From an uncultured Oligoflexus sp. (lineage in GTDB: Bacteria; Bdellovibrionota_B; Oligoflexia; Oligoflexales; Oligoflexaceae), in contig CAXSGP010000042.1 in assembly GCA_964236955.1 (NCBI GenBank), forward strand, positions 1 to 37,682: 37,682 nt of DNA. The letters are read 5' to 3'. Shown piece after piece: positions 1 through 11,494 of the stretch. Positions within the stretch are counted from its first letter, which is position 1; every line of letters begins with the position of its first letter. Made by a program: the position numbers and the translations under genes. The notes below the pieces were generated by a model. That model was not told where the DNA came from, made no database searches, and was given only the letters and a program-made list of their open reading frames with translations.

Positions 1-6
1 TGCGTT

Positions 7-54
7 ACTGGGGATGTTCGACGTTGGCGTAGCCAAACGTCAACAGCCCCTAGT
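7..54. other. Long imperfect hairpin (possible terminator or palindromic repeat)
   Basis: ACT-GGGG-a-TGTT-c-GACGTT-GGC-gta-GCC-a-AACGTC-AACA-g-CCCC-t-AGT, followed by TATTTT on +. Confidence 0.4.
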
Positions 55-326
55 TATTTTCATTTATCGCCCTTTTATTTTGAAGAAAATATAAGGATTT
101 AAGCGCAGGTGACGGAGGCTGTGACAGGATTTGTTAGAGAGGGTCATGATGCGGGAAGCAAGTATTATTACTTATTCATGCCTAAAAATGCAAGGAACCG
201 GGGACCTGGATGAAGAGAACGTTTTGAGATAACCGGCACCGATCCCCCACCTTGCTTTGCTAAAGCCCAGGAGGACCCGAAACTATGCACCGGCTTCAAA
301 GCGAAATGTCTGCCAACGCTAAGCAT

Positions 327-1124
327 TCAATTTGGCAAATATTGACCACTTATTGTCAGGCTAAGATCGGTATGATGGCAATCCTTGTCCGCATCATTGT
401 CGCCCGTTACAATGAGATTGACTGGAACGGACGCTTTACCCTGTATCATTGCGGAAATTGGCGCAATGGTAGTGGCCGGAAAGTTGACATCAAAAGAACC
501 CGCAACTTCAGTCTTAGGTATCGTACAGTTCTCGGCTCCCCCCAGGCAATAATGAGAATCTACCCATTCCTTATCAGTCAATTTTTTTCCAACCAACTTG
601 CTAAAATTCCAATCGTAGATTTCCTTGTTCTTATCAAAATTCTCTACTATTTTATTATTGGAGGAAAACAGAACATGGTTATCGATCGTTAGAATGATAA
701 AGTCGTCGTATTTCATGCTGGTGTTTTCCGATGATTTTACCTTCAGGGAGCAGATGACTCCTTCAGGCAAATTCAAATTTACTTTTTGCGTTTCCGAAGC
801 GGTCACTGTTAAATCAGACTTTGCGATATTGGGTGGGCTAAGAAAATCGCAGTATCCATTCTCCGGAAAGTCGATTTTTTGAGAGAAAACCTGCAATTTT
901 GCCGCTTCAGTTCCGCAGCGGTTTGGGATTGAATTGGTTTCGTTAACTGTATCGCTTTTATCCAAAACCACATCTTTAGCTGGTTTACCAGTGCCTTGCT
1001 TAATTGTCTCTTCTTTGCCGGCAGGGACCGCCGTACCTTGTTTACCAGTATCACCTGAAAACTGCTTTTTGCTTGCGCATCCCAACATCGAACAAAAACT
1101 CAACACCGAAATAAGCTTAAGCAT
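327..1124 (-). CDS. Hypothetical Cys-containing lipoprotein
   Basis: 265-aa ORF; signal peptide with lipobox (MLGC); low-complexity linker then a globular domain with several Cys; GAGG SD upstream. Confidence 0.75.
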   Translation of the reverse strand: MLKLISVLSFCSMLGCASKKQFSGDTGKQGTAVPAGKEETIKQGTGKPAKDVVLDKSDTVNETNSIPNRCGTEAAKLQVFSQKIDFPENGYCDFLSPPNIAKSDLTVTASETQKVNLNLPEGVICSLKVKSSENTSMKYDDFIILTIDNHVLFSSNNKIVENFDKNKEIYDWNFSKLVGKKLTDKEWVDSHYCLGGAENCTIPKTEVAGSFDVNFPATTIAPISAMIQGKASVPVNLIVTGDNDADKDCHHTDLSLTISGQYLPN

Positions 1125-1161
1125 GGCACCCTCGACGTCAATGCATAAATTTTACCATCCT

Positions 1162-1188
1162 GTTTCGGCACATTTCTCGAAACAATTA
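1162..1188 (-). promoter_or_regulatory. Putative sigma28 (FliA)-type promoter
   Basis: Minus strand TAAT-N15-GCCGAAAC, about 40 nt upstream of the lipoprotein start; consensus TAAA-N15-GCCGATAA. Confidence 0.4.
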
Positions 1189-1432
1189 AACTTTTCTTGT
1201 AAGTTTCATTCATTGTTAGGAATTAAATTGATTTCGCCGGTGGCGGCGGTGCTCCTTTGCCATTTGACGATCATGCCTTGTCCTATCCCAGTGGATCGCG
1301 TGACAAGGCAGTCCATCCCTAACAAAAAGCTTTACTCTTGCCCACCATCCCGCCGATTCCTACTTATCGAAAGCTGCCGGGAGCAAGGGTCAAGCATACT
1401 CATGCACAAAGCTTTGAAACCTGACGCGGCAT

Positions 1433-2507
1433 CTAGCGTTCTTGGAGAAAGGCGCAGACCCTACGGGTGATGTCGTCTGTTTTAACTGTCTCCGTCAGCT
1501 TTCCTCCTAAGGCCGGCGCCAGATCCGGCGTCAGTCGGCCGCCTTCGATCGTCAATTCAACCGCATTCTCGATACGACTGGCGAGATCCTCCCGGGCCAG
1601 GGAATAGCGAAGCATCATCGCTACGCTGAGGATAGTGCCCAGGGGATTGGCCACCTGTTTTCCTGCGATATCCGGCGCCGAACCATGAACTGGCTCGAAC
1701 AGGCCCCGGCCGCCCCCGTCTAAAGAGGCTGAGGGCAGCAGTCCAAGCGAACCCGCTAGGGTGCTTGCCTGATCGGAGAGGATATCGCCAAACATATTTT
1801 CCGTCAGAAGCACATCGAAGCTGCTAGGCCGGGTGGCTAAATACATTGCGGCGGCATCGACCAGAATATGTTCGACTTTGATATCGGCAAATTCTTCCGC
1901 CATTACCCGCGTTACAGTCTTTCGCCAGAGTCTCGAAGTTTCCAATACATTGGCTTTGTCGATCGAAGTCAATTTTTTTTGCCGCTTACGCGCAATCTCC
2001 GCTGCGACGCGGGTGATGCGGGTAATCTCATCGACACTATAGCGGCAGATATCAAAAGCGCTGCCGTCGCTATAGCCTTTTTCTCCAAAGTACAACCCCC
2101 CCGTCAGTTCCCGGATCAGAACAATATCGACATTATGCAAAATCTGGTCCCGATAGGGGGTTTGAAGGTAAAGTGTGGGACGTGATCGAATCGGTCTAAT
2201 ATTGGCAAACACCCCCAGCTCTTTCCTCAGTCTAAGCAGTCCGGCTTCGGGCCTGAGATGCCCGGCCAGGCCTTCCCAGGCAGGCCCCCGCACCCAGTAG
2301 CACCGCATGGGCAGCCTTGCATGCCGCTAAGGTATGATCATCGAGCGGCAGAGCAAAACGATCCAGGGCATCGCCGCCTATATGCCCACGCTGCACCTCC
2401 AGGTCCAAGCCTGCTCCCTTCACCACGCAACGCAGCACCTCCAGCCCGCTTTCCATAACCTCCGGCCCAATGCCGTCACCGGCCAAGGCTACAACTTTAG
2501 CTTTCAT
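1433..2507 (-). pseudogene. leuB: 3-isopropylmalate dehydrogenase, frameshifted near 2285-2290 (true lesion or assembly error)
   Basis: N-terminus (MKAKVVALAGDGIGPEV...AVLLGA) is in ORF 2232-2507; the rest (GPAW...RPEAGLLRLRK, RELTGGLYFG, DKANVL, ENMFGDILSD, EPVHGSAPDIAG) is in ORF 1433-2308; the break is inside the GAVGGP motif at a G5 run; ATGA overlap with leuD stop. Confidence 0.9.
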
Positions 2508-3082
2508 ACAAAATCCCTTCTTTCATAACTTTCTATCGCAGCGCTTTTCTTAAGAATGTAGCCCAATTGATCGGTGCCCTGCATGAGGCATAGCTTGGCA
2601 AAGCGATCGATTGCAAATGGAAAACGCGCTTGATTTTTCAAGTCAACATATTGATATTCGAGATCGATAGTCAGATCCGCGTCGGCGTTTTTTTTCAGAT
2701 CCTCAAAAAATTCTTCACTTATTTCGATAGGCAACAATCCGTTTTTCAAGGCATTGGTTTTAAATATATCGCCAATCGACGGACTTAATATTGCGGCAAA
2801 GCCATAGGCAGCCAAGGCCCACACCGCATGCTCGCGCGATGAACCACAGCCAAAGTTACGACCCGCAACCAAAATCTTAACAGCATGATCGGCCCTTCGA
2901 TTAAAAATCTGCTCTCTATCGAGCTTGCCGTCTTCATCATGCCGCCAGTCGTAGAATAAGGCATCGGCCAGACCCTCTTTATCGGTCTGCTTTAAAAACC
3001 GGGCGGGAATAATCTGATCAGTATCGATATGCTGCGTTTCCACCAAGATAAAGTTGGATCGCAAGGCTTCAAATTTTTTCAT
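2504..3082 (-). CDS. leuD: 3-isopropylmalate dehydratase small subunit
   Basis: IDTDQIIPARFLK, NFGCGSSREHAVWAL, DIFKTNALKNGLLP. Confidence 0.97.
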   Translation of the reverse strand: MKKFEALRSNFILVETQHIDTDQIIPARFLKQTDKEGLADALFYDWRHDEDGKLDREQIFNRRADHAVKILVAGRNFGCGSSREHAVWALAAYGFAAILSPSIGDIFKTNALKNGLLPIEISEEFFEDLKKNADADLTIDLEYQYVDLKNQARFPFAIDRFAKLCLMQGTDQLGYILKKSAAIESYERRDFV

Positions 3083-3120
3083 TCCTATTTCCTTAACTGC
3101 AGTGGTCTGTCCCGGCTATG

Positions 3121-4515
3121 TCACGCGAGAAATACCCGAGGATCGGTAAGACATCCCAACACCGCGGTAGCCGCTGCGGTCGCGGGACTGGCTAAAACTG
3201 TCCGCCCTAACCGGCCCTGTCGCCCGGCGAAATTGCGATTGCTCGTGCTTACGGCCAATTGCCCCGCTAGCAACTGATCACCATTCATGGCGATACACAT
3301 CGAACAGCCGGGTTCGCGCCATTCAGCTCCGGCTTCCATAAATATGGTATCCAAGCCCTCCGATTCGGCCTGACGTTTGACGGCTTGGGAGCCTGGCACG
3401 ATCATAAGCCGTAGATTCTCCGCTTTCTTCCGACCTTTTAAAATGCGCGCCGCCGATCGAAGGTCGGTGATTCTGCCATTGGTGCAGCTGCCGATAAACA
3501 CGACATCGACTGGCATTCCCTCTAGCCTTTGACCGGGGTGAAATTTCATGTAGTCAAGACTTGCAGTAAAAGTCTGTGGATCGATATCGGTTAAGGGCAG
3601 GGACCGCTCTATACCTATCGCCTGATCCGGCGAAGTCCCGTACGTTACCATCGGGCTTAGCAATGTAGCATCGATCCGAATGTGATGGTCGTAGACGGCA
3701 TCGTCATCGCTGTAAAACTCCTGCCAACGCTCAACGGCCTTTGCCCATTCATCCCCCTGCGGAGCATGGCGGCAGTCCTTAAGGTAGGTAAAGGTCGTAA
3801 GATCCGCAGCGATTAACCCGGCCCGCGCACCGGCTTCGATGCTCATATTGCAGAGCGTCATCCGCGCCTCCATATCCATTGCCGTTATCGCTTCGCCCCG
3901 ATATTCCAACACATATCCGGCGCCGCCTCCCGACCCTAGACTTGCAATAATCGCGAGGGCCAGATCCTTAGCCTCCACCCCTCGGCCGAGGCGACCTTCC
4001 ACATGTACGGCTAATGTTTTCGGCTTATGCTGAAGCAGACATTGGGTCGCCAGCACATGAGCGACTTCGCTCGTGCCGATACCAAAGGCCAAAGCGCCGA
4101 AGGCCCCGTGAGTCGCTGTGTGGCTATCACCGCAGACAATGATTTGCCCCGGTTGGGTCCATCCGAGTTCAGGACCGATAACGTGTACAATTCCCTGATC
4201 ACGTGAATTCAAATCATAAAGGGGGATGCCAAAATCCCGGCAATTCTTGCTTAAGGTTTCAACCTGGGCAAGGGCTTGCTTATCGATATAGGCCTTGCGA
4301 TCCCGATCGGTAGGAACCGAATGATCCATGGTTGCAAAGGTTAAATCGGGTCGTCTCACCTCCAGACCCCGTTCTCTTAACACGGTGAAGGCCTGAGGCG
4401 AAGTGACTTCATGCACCAAATGGCGATCGATATAAAGCAAAGCCGGATGATCGGCAGTTTCCGCTTCGACCAGATGCCGGTTCCAAAGCTTCTCAAAGAG
4501 CGTAAGTTTCGCCAT
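3121..4515 (-). CDS. leuC: 3-isopropylmalate dehydratase large subunit
   Basis: [39 protein letters not shown] (Fe-S ligands), STSNRNF. Confidence 0.98.
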   Translation of the reverse strand: MAKLTLFEKLWNRHLVEAETADHPALLYIDRHLVHEVTSPQAFTVLRERGLEVRRPDLTFATMDHSVPTDRDRKAYIDKQALAQVETLSKNCRDFGIPLYDLNSRDQGIVHVIGPELGWTQPGQIIVCGDSHTATHGAFGALAFGIGTSEVAHVLATQCLLQHKPKTLAVHVEGRLGRGVEAKDLALAIIASLGSGGGAGYVLEYRGEAITAMDMEARMTLCNMSIEAGARAGLIAADLTTFTYLKDCRHAPQGDEWAKAVERWQEFYSDDDAVYDHHIRIDATLLSPMVTYGTSPDQAIGIERSLPLTDIDPQTFTASLDYMKFHPGQRLEGMPVDVVFIGSCTNGRITDLRSAARILKGRKKAENLRLMIVPGSQAVKRQAESEGLDTIFMEAGAEWREPGCSMCIAMNGDQLLAGQLAVSTSNRNFAGRQGRLGRTVLASPATAAATAVLGCLTDPRVFLA

Positions 4516-5476
4516 AATTCACCTCAGGATAGGCATGACTGGCTTCGACTTGATTTAATGGGTCCAGCCAACCCCAGCGATCGAGAGTCTGGCCGGTAAA
4601 GAGACCGAAAAAAGCTGACTGCAAGGCCTTGGTAACCGGGCCGGGACTGCCGTTGCCAACCACTTGCCGATCGACGCTTCGGATCGGAGTAATTTCGGCT
4701 GCAGTGCCTGTGAAAAATAACTCATCCGCGACGTAAAGCAACTCGCGGGGATAGACCCCTTCTTCAACTTCATAACCCAGGTCGCGCGCCAGCTTTATAA
4801 CCGAATCACGGGTAATACCTTCTAGGATTGAACATTGCAACGAAGGGGTATAAAGCTTGCCGTGACGCACGATGAATAGGTTTTCACCGGGGCCTTCGCT
4901 GAGAAACCCTTGGCTGTTTAAGGCAATGGCTTCGGCATAACCATGGCGTTGGGCTTCATCCACCATAAAAAACGATGCCAGATAATTCCCCCCCGCCTTG
5001 GCGAGCTGAGGATGGGTATTAGGAGCCGATCGCTGCCAGGACGTGACGCAGGTATCAATGCCTTTTTTCAAGCCTTCTTCCCCGAGGTATGCCCCCCATT
5101 CAAAAGCGGCAATTGACATTTCGAAACGGGTATCCAGACTCGGCCGCACACCCATTGATCCATAGCCGTAAAACATGATCGGCCTTACATAGGCATTGCT
5201 AAGTTGATTTATGGCGACGACCCGGTGACAGAGTTCTTCAAGTTTGGATCGATTGCAAGTCACTGGCATGCGATAGATATGCGCCGATTGCAAAAGCCTA
5301 TCAGCATGATCGCGCAGGCGGAAAAAAACCGGTCCATCTGCGCTCTGATAGCATCGAATCCCCTCGAAAACACTGGTTCCGTAGTGCAAGGCATGAGAGA
5401 GGACATGCACGTTGGCATCGGCCCAGGGGCGCATTTGCCCTTGATGCCAGATCCATTGGCTTGATTTAACCGACAT
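4493..5476 (-). CDS. ilvE: Branched-chain amino acid aminotransferase
   Basis: [21 protein letters not shown] (PLP Lys), [22 protein letters not shown]. Confidence 0.97.
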   Translation of the reverse strand: MSVKSSQWIWHQGQMRPWADANVHVLSHALHYGTSVFEGIRCYQSADGPVFFRLRDHADRLLQSAHIYRMPVTCNRSKLEELCHRVVAINQLSNAYVRPIMFYGYGSMGVRPSLDTRFEMSIAAFEWGAYLGEEGLKKGIDTCVTSWQRSAPNTHPQLAKAGGNYLASFFMVDEAQRHGYAEAIALNSQGFLSEGPGENLFIVRHGKLYTPSLQCSILEGITRDSVIKLARDLGYEVEEGVYPRELLYVADELFFTGTAAEITPIRSVDRQVVGNGSPGPVTKALQSAFFGLFTGQTLDRWGWLDPLNQVEASHAYPEVNYGETYAL

Positions 5477-5490
5477 GATAACTCCTTTTT

Positions 5491-6705
5491 TTAACGCGAC
5501 AAAGAGGGTAAAGGCAGCTGCGAACTCACCGAAGCCTTCGGTACGATATCGCGCACCAAAGTCAGCAGCTCACCCTCGCCAGGATGTTTATTGTAATCGT
5601 AAAGGCGTTTAAATGCGGTGAAGGCTTCTTCGAATTGCATCTCGTTGCAGTCCACACCGTGTTCTTCCATCCAAAAGTTAAAGGCATGCCGGCCGGAATG
5701 TTTGCCGAGAACCATGTTATTGCCAGCGCGGCCGACGTGTTCGGGTCGCATGATTTCATAGGTTGATGGGTGCATCATCACGCCGTGCTGATGCACTCCG
5801 GCTTCATGCGCAAAGGCGTTGGCTCCTACTACTGCCTTATTTTTCTGCACCTGGAGACCCGTGATGCGGGTCAGCATTTGGCTGGCGTAGTAAAGGCGTT
5901 TCGCCTCAATCTGCGTATCGACCTTAAAATAATCCTGCCGCGTTCTCAAGGCCATCACCAATTCTTCCAACGCACAGTTTCCAGCTCTTTCGCCGATTCC
6001 GTTGATCGTGCATTCGACCTGCCTCGCACCAGCTTCCACAGCCGCCAGTGTATTGGCCGTGGCCATTCCCAAATCATCATGACAATGCACACTGAGCACT
6101 GCTTTATGAATATTCGGCACATTTGCCTTCAGATGGTGAATGATGGCACTAATCTGTGAGGGAACAGCAAAGCCGACTGTGTCAGGGACGTTAATGACAG
6201 TGGCGCCAGCTTCAATAGCCTCATAAACAGCTTCCGTGAGGAAATCGATTTCAGTCCGCGCGGCATCCTCGGCCGAGAATTCAACCTCATCAAAGAGATT
6301 ACGGGCCAGGTTCAGTCCGCTCTTGAGTATTTCGATCACCTGGGATTTGGACTTCTTTAATTTGTACTCGCGATGAATGGGGCTGGTTGCGAGAAAGATA
6401 TGAATACGGCTCCTATGGGCGGATTTAAGCGCCTGCTGAGTGCGGATGATATCCGCGCTCTGACAGCGTGAAAGGGCGGCCAGAGTCGGCCCCTTGATGT
6501 CTTCAGCGATCGCTCGCACGGCTTTAAAATCGCCTTCTGAAGATGCCGGGAAGCCGCATTCGATGACATCGACCTTAAGTTGGCAAAGAACTTCAGCAAT
6601 CTGCATTTTTTCTTCGAGATTCATCGTCGCGCCCGGCGATTGTTCGCCATCGCGTAAAGTCGTATCCAGAACAAAAATCCGACTATCCGTGTCTAATGCT
6701 GGCAT
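5491..6705 (-). CDS. leuA: 2-isopropylmalate synthase, short form lacking the C-terminal regulatory domain
   Basis: DTTLRDGEQSPG, HCHDDLG, GIGERAGN, AFAHEAGVHQHG, LGKHSGR; ends at 404 aa. Confidence 0.93.
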   Translation of the reverse strand: MPALDTDSRIFVLDTTLRDGEQSPGATMNLEEKMQIAEVLCQLKVDVIECGFPASSEGDFKAVRAIAEDIKGPTLAALSRCQSADIIRTQQALKSAHRSRIHIFLATSPIHREYKLKKSKSQVIEILKSGLNLARNLFDEVEFSAEDAARTEIDFLTEAVYEAIEAGATVINVPDTVGFAVPSQISAIIHHLKANVPNIHKAVLSVHCHDDLGMATANTLAAVEAGARQVECTINGIGERAGNCALEELVMALRTRQDYFKVDTQIEAKRLYYASQMLTRITGLQVQKNKAVVGANAFAHEAGVHQHGVMMHPSTYEIMRPEHVGRAGNNMVLGKHSGRHAFNFWMEEHGVDCNEMQFEEAFTAFKRLYDYNKHPGEGELLTLVRDIVPKASVSSQLPLPSLSR

Positions 6706-7009
6706 ATACGGTACTCCTTATGGGGGCGAGCAGCAGATGAGTCTCCTGACTTGGACTCAAGCCTTGCGTCTCACGATTGATAGGATCGACGGCGACTTTG
6801 ACTATGTCGTAAAACTTTTCCAATTGCCGCGTCAGCAGTTGAAGGGGACGTTGGCTTTCCCCCTGGATTTTGATCTGCTGCCAGGTTCCGGTTGGATCAA
6901 CCAAGGAGTGAAATTGATGAATCGCGAATCCTCGGTGGCGGCATACCCGGAGAATTCGCTCCAGAATGCCATCTTCATCTAATGCGGTAATTTCAGCGTG
7001 ATACTGCAT
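6683..7009 (-). CDS. ilvM: Acetolactate synthase II small (ACT) subunit
   Basis: LERILRVCRHRGF and RPLQLLTRQLEK match the IlvM pattern; follows the large subunit. Confidence 0.88.
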   Translation of the reverse strand: MQYHAEITALDEDGILERILRVCRHRGFAIHQFHSLVDPTGTWQQIKIQGESQRPLQLLTRQLEKFYDIVKVAVDPINRETQGLSPSQETHLLLAPIRSTVYASIRHG

Positions 7010-8660
7010 AACTGTTGCCTTCCATCATTTTGTCGTTGGCGGCTCCGGGAGGTACCAGTGGCCAGACGTTTTCCAAAGGATCGATACGCACATGCAAGAG
7101 ACAAGGGCCTGGGTGATTGATCAGATAATTGATACCAGACAATTCCTCGTGTTTGCTGTTTATCATCAGCGCATCGATGCCAAAGGATTTGGCAACGGCA
7201 ACGAAATCGGGATTGTCGGATAGATCGACCGCACTGTAGCGTTCCTTAAAAAACAGCTCTTGCCATTGCCGTACCATACCGAGCCGTTGATTATCGAGGA
7301 GAAGGATCTTAACAGGCAGGCGATAGCGATTGACGGTCGCAAGCTCCTGTATGTTCATCATGATCGAACCATCGCCCGATACACAGATCACCAAAGCATC
7401 AGGATTACCAAGCTGAGCACCAATCGCAGCCGGCAGTCCATAGCCCATCGTGCCCAGGCCGCCGCTTGTGAGATGATCCAAAGGGTGGATAAACCCGAAG
7501 TGCTGGGCTACCCACATCTGATGCTGGCCCACATCAACCGTGACTATCGTGCGACGCGGCACCAGACGCGAACAATGATTTAATAATCGCGGCGCATAGA
7601 CCCCTTCCCCCGGAGCTTGATAGTCCCACTGAAATTGCTCTTTCCAGCTCAAGCAGCGCTCCAGCCAGGGCAAATTATTCAGAGGGACGGATAAGGCTTT
7701 CAGATTGGGCGCCAGCGCTCCGCATAGGGCCAGATCCGCGTTGCGCAATTTGTTGATTTCAGCGGCGTCGATGTCAAGGTGAATGACCTTGGCATGGGGA
7801 GCAAATTCCTGCAGTTTCCCGGTCGCCCTATCGTCAAAGCGGGCACCGATCACAATCAGCAAATCACAGTTTTGTACTGCAAAGTTCGCGGCTTTGGTGC
7901 CGTGCATCCCCAGCATTCCCAAAAAGAAGGGATGTTCGCTCTCAATGGAACCCAAACCTTTAAGGGTTGCAACCACCGGCAGTCTGGTCGTATTCACGAA
8001 ATGACGAAAGGCTGGCACCACATTGGCAATACCAACACCCCCCCCGACATAGATTAAAGGCTGGCTCGATTGCTTGAGCAGCATAAGGGCAATCTTATGC
8101 TGCTCACTGAAATCCTCTGCTGGAAGATCGGACACATCGACTTTCCATGACTCCAAGGCAGCCACTTCATGGAGTGAGACATCCTTGGGTAGATCGATCA
8201 AGACAGGTCCGGGCCGACCGCTCCGGGCAATGGCAAAGGCCCGTCGCACGATCGAATAGATGTCACTCCCGCGATGGACGATATAACTGTGCTTAACCAC
8301 GCCGAGGCACATGCCGAAGATATCGACTTCCTGAAAAGCATCAGTACCTATGAACGGGCTCGCCACTTGTCCGGTAATACAAACCATAGGGACGGAATCG
8401 AGATAGGCATTCGCGATCCCTGTCATCAGATTCGTGGCACCTGGGCCAGAGGTGGCAATGCATACTCCGACCTTGCCGGTGGAGCGTGCGTAGCCATCGG
8501 CTGCTAAAGCCCCACCCTGTTCGTGCCTGACGAGATAGGTTTTAAAGGAAGCTTCGAGCAGACGATCAAATACCGGCATGATCGCACCGCCTGGATAGCC
8601 GAAGACCACATCGGCCCCTTCATCTTCGATCGCTTTGACTAAGGCATCAGCTCCGATCAT
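6993..8660 (-). CDS. ilvG: Acetolactate synthase II large subunit
   Basis: [47 protein letters not shown] (ThDP motif), GMVRQWQ; paired with ilvM. Confidence 0.92.
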   Translation of the reverse strand: MIGADALVKAIEDEGADVVFGYPGGAIMPVFDRLLEASFKTYLVRHEQGGALAADGYARSTGKVGVCIATSGPGATNLMTGIANAYLDSVPMVCITGQVASPFIGTDAFQEVDIFGMCLGVVKHSYIVHRGSDIYSIVRRAFAIARSGRPGPVLIDLPKDVSLHEVAALESWKVDVSDLPAEDFSEQHKIALMLLKQSSQPLIYVGGGVGIANVVPAFRHFVNTTRLPVVATLKGLGSIESEHPFFLGMLGMHGTKAANFAVQNCDLLIVIGARFDDRATGKLQEFAPHAKVIHLDIDAAEINKLRNADLALCGALAPNLKALSVPLNNLPWLERCLSWKEQFQWDYQAPGEGVYAPRLLNHCSRLVPRRTIVTVDVGQHQMWVAQHFGFIHPLDHLTSGGLGTMGYGLPAAIGAQLGNPDALVICVSGDGSIMMNIQELATVNRYRLPVKILLLDNQRLGMVRQWQELFFKERYSAVDLSDNPDFVAVAKSFGIDALMINSKHEELSGINYLINHPGPCLLHVRIDPLENVWPLVPPGAANDKMMEGNSYAVSR

Positions 8661-9669
8661 GGGACTTTTCTCCTGACTGCTGTATCCAACTCATATTGGC
8701 CCGCAGTTCGCGACCGACGGATTCGATCGGATGGTGAAGATCCTGTTCCAATAATTTCTGATACTGAGGCATTCCCGATTCATATTCCCTCTGCCAACGC
8801 TCGGCGAATTTTCCAGAGCGGATATCCTCAAGAATTCCCTGCATTTGCCGTCTCACGTGATTATCGATGACCCTGGGTCCCGTAATGAGGCAGCCGTACT
8901 TTGCGGTATCGCTGATGAACTGATGCATCTTGGCGAGACCACCTTCGTAGAGAAGATCGACGATAAGCTTGAGTTCATGCATACATTCAAAGTAAGCGAC
9001 TTCGGGCTGGTACCCGGCTTCAACCAAAGTCTCAAAGCCAGCCTTAACCAGCTCCGTGGCCCCCCCACACAAAACCGCTTGCTCACCGAAGAGATCGGTT
9101 TCGGTTTCTTCCTTAAAGGTCGTCGCCATGACTCCGGCGCGCGTGCCGCCGATTTTATGGGCATACTGGAGAGCTTTGGCCTGCGCTTGACCCGAGGCAT
9201 CCTGACTAACCGCCATGAGGCAAGGGACCCCACGACCTTCCTCGTATTGCCGCCGCACCAGGGTTCCAGGCCCTTTCGGTGCCACGAGGATGACGTCTTG
9301 ATCGGCGCTCGGCACAATCAGTTTATAATGGATGGCAAAACCGTGCGCAAAGAGGAGTGTGGCGCCCGCCTTCAGATGCGGCTTGACAGCTTCGTAATAC
9401 AGAGCTTTTTGCGCCATATCAGGCAAGAGAAAACACACCATATCCGCGGCTGCCGCAGCTTCGGCAATACTTTGAACGGCCCAACCATCTTTCTGCGCCT
9501 GATCATAAGTTTTACCGCCTCCGCGTACGGCTACAATAACGCGCGCTCCACTGTCGCGAAGATTTAAGGCATGGGCGCGCCCCTGACTGCCGTACCCCAG
9601 TACAGCAATCGTAAGGCCATCTAAAAGTTCGGTCGACTGCGCTTCAAAATTTAGCATTTTTGATTTCAT
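8647..9669 (-). CDS. ilvC: Ketol-acid reductoisomerase (short class I)
   Basis: [55 protein letters not shown]. Confidence 0.97.
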   Translation of the reverse strand: MKSKMLNFEAQSTELLDGLTIAVLGYGSQGRAHALNLRDSGARVIVAVRGGGKTYDQAQKDGWAVQSIAEAAAAADMVCFLLPDMAQKALYYEAVKPHLKAGATLLFAHGFAIHYKLIVPSADQDVILVAPKGPGTLVRRQYEEGRGVPCLMAVSQDASGQAQAKALQYAHKIGGTRAGVMATTFKEETETDLFGEQAVLCGGATELVKAGFETLVEAGYQPEVAYFECMHELKLIVDLLYEGGLAKMHQFISDTAKYGCLITGPRVIDNHVRRQMQGILEDIRSGKFAERWQREYESGMPQYQKLLEQDLHHPIESVGRELRANMSWIQQSGEKSHDRS

Positions 9670-9768
9670 CCTGCATGTCCTTCATATTTTGATAAAGCTC
9701 TGCCATCGCCTTTAAAACCCTTAAAGACGTTTGAATCGTTTTCATTTTTTTTTACAGTCGATCAGAAT

Positions 9769-11409
9769 CTAGGAAGTCGTCGCCCCTTCCGATGCGGAAC
9801 CCACCTGTTTGATGTACTTGCCAAACACACCGCGGGTGAAACGCGGTTCAGGAACACGCCAGCGGGTTCGACGCTCCGCCCAGTCCACATCGGTCGACAA
9901 AGTATGGGAACGGACATCGATCGTAACGCGGTCGCCGTTTTCAAGCAGGGCTATAGGGCCACCCAGGTAAGCTTCAGGTGCCACATGACCTATACAGAGT
10001 CCGTGGGTTGCGCCACTGAAACGGCCATCGGTAACAAGGGCCACCTTGTCGCCAAGGCCTGCTCCAACCAAAGCGGCCGTAACCGACAGCATCTCCGGCA
10101 TGCCGGGGGCACCCTTCGGCCCCATATATCGAATCACCAAGACATCGCCGGCAAAAATATCGCCCCTATTGACAGCTTCAAATGCATCCTGCTCGGAATC
10201 AAATACCCGAGCCGTACCGCTGAACTGCTGCAGATCTTTGCCTGAGAGTTTTAAGACACAGCCCTCACTCGCAATATTGCCTTTGAGAATGGCAAAGGCC
10301 CCCCTTGTCTGCAAAGGGCTCTGCACGTCCCGCAAAACCTCCTGGCCGGCAGTCTCCTGAGCTTCGGACGCCAAAGTTTGCAGGCTTTTACCGATTATGT
10401 TGGGACCATCGCTTAAAAGCCGGGCGTTAAAAAGTTTCTGACACAAAAGTGCGACGCCTCCTGCCTCCTCCATTTCAGTCGCCACGAAGCGGCCGAAGGG
10501 CTTCAAATCCGCGATCAAGGGGACTTCCGAGGATATCTGATCAAAAAGCTGTAGCGGTAGCTCGACATCTGCTTCGCGCGCAAGGGCTAAGAGATGGAGA
10601 ATCGCGTTGGTTGAACCGCCCGAGGCGCAGACGGCTACAATCGCATTGCGGAAGGCCAGCGGAGTGAGGAACTGTCTTGCATGATGACCCTGTTCCAGGG
10701 CCTGCATTACCAGGTGGCCGGCGCGTTCTGCCGCCCACTGCTTGCGGGAATCCGCAGCCGGAATTTCATTGAGTCCAAGCGGTGATAATCCCATTACGGA
10801 AAATACCATAGCCATAGTATTGGCGGTAAATTGCCCTCCACATGCGCCGGCTCCCGGACAAGCCAGGTTTTCAAGACTCTTCAGCTCATCGGCACCCATC
10901 AGGCCCTTGGCATGGGCACCGACGCCTTCAAAAACGTCTTGAATGGTTACGCTTTTACCCCGCCAATACCCTGGTGCGATTGATCCCCCATAAAATAATA
11001 CCGAGGGCAGATCCAGACGTGCCAGGGCCATAGCAGCACCAGGAATTGTTTTGTCGCAGCCAACCAGTGCGACGACCCCATCGAAATAATGCGAACTCGC
11101 CATCAATTCGATCGAATCAGCGATCAACTCCCTTGAGATCAAAGACCCGCGCATCCCTTCAGTGCCCATGGTGATGCCATCCGAAACGGCGATCGTATTA
11201 AATTCTATGGGTGTGCCGCCACGGGTACGAATACCTTTTTTCACATGCTCTGCAAGGGCCCGCAGATGAAAATTGCAAGGTGTAACCTCGGTCCATGTAT
11301 TGGCGATGCCAATCAGCGGCTTACTCAAATCTTCATCGGTTAAACCCGTGGCCTTTAGCATGGCCCGAGCGGGAGCGCGAAGGGTTATGGTCTGACTGCG
11401 GTATTTCAT
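9769..11409 (-). CDS. ilvD: Dihydroxy-acid dehydratase
   Basis: PCNFHL, VSDGITMG, GCDKTIPG, CPGAGACGGQFTANTM, TDGRFSGATHG, GHVAPEA. Confidence 0.97.
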   Translation of the reverse strand: MKYRSQTITLRAPARAMLKATGLTDEDLSKPLIGIANTWTEVTPCNFHLRALAEHVKKGIRTRGGTPIEFNTIAVSDGITMGTEGMRGSLISRELIADSIELMASSHYFDGVVALVGCDKTIPGAAMALARLDLPSVLFYGGSIAPGYWRGKSVTIQDVFEGVGAHAKGLMGADELKSLENLACPGAGACGGQFTANTMAMVFSVMGLSPLGLNEIPAADSRKQWAAERAGHLVMQALEQGHHARQFLTPLAFRNAIVAVCASGGSTNAILHLLALAREADVELPLQLFDQISSEVPLIADLKPFGRFVATEMEEAGGVALLCQKLFNARLLSDGPNIIGKSLQTLASEAQETAGQEVLRDVQSPLQTRGAFAILKGNIASEGCVLKLSGKDLQQFSGTARVFDSEQDAFEAVNRGDIFAGDVLVIRYMGPKGAPGMPEMLSVTAALVGAGLGDKVALVTDGRFSGATHGLCIGHVAPEAYLGGPIALLENGDRVTIDVRSHTLSTDVDWAERRTRWRVPEPRFTRGVFGKYIKQVGSASEGATTS

Positions 11410-11437
11410 GAGGGCCTCGCTAAAGTAAACAGCTTAT

Positions 11438-11472
11438 AAAAAAACCCCCAAGCACTTGCTGGTGCTTGGGGG
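11438..11472 (-). terminator. Attenuator terminator of the ilv-leu operon
   Basis: Minus strand CCCCCAAGCAC-cagcaa-GTGCTTGGGGG followed by T7, about 30 nt upstream of the ilvD start. Confidence 0.92.
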
Positions 11473-11494
11473 CGTCTTGTTCCTGCAGCTCAGG

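Noticed and set aside
8845..9567. 240-aa plus-strand ORF
   Set aside because: Antisense shadow of ilvC with no motifs. The same applies to the other overlapping ORFs across ilv/leu/pro.
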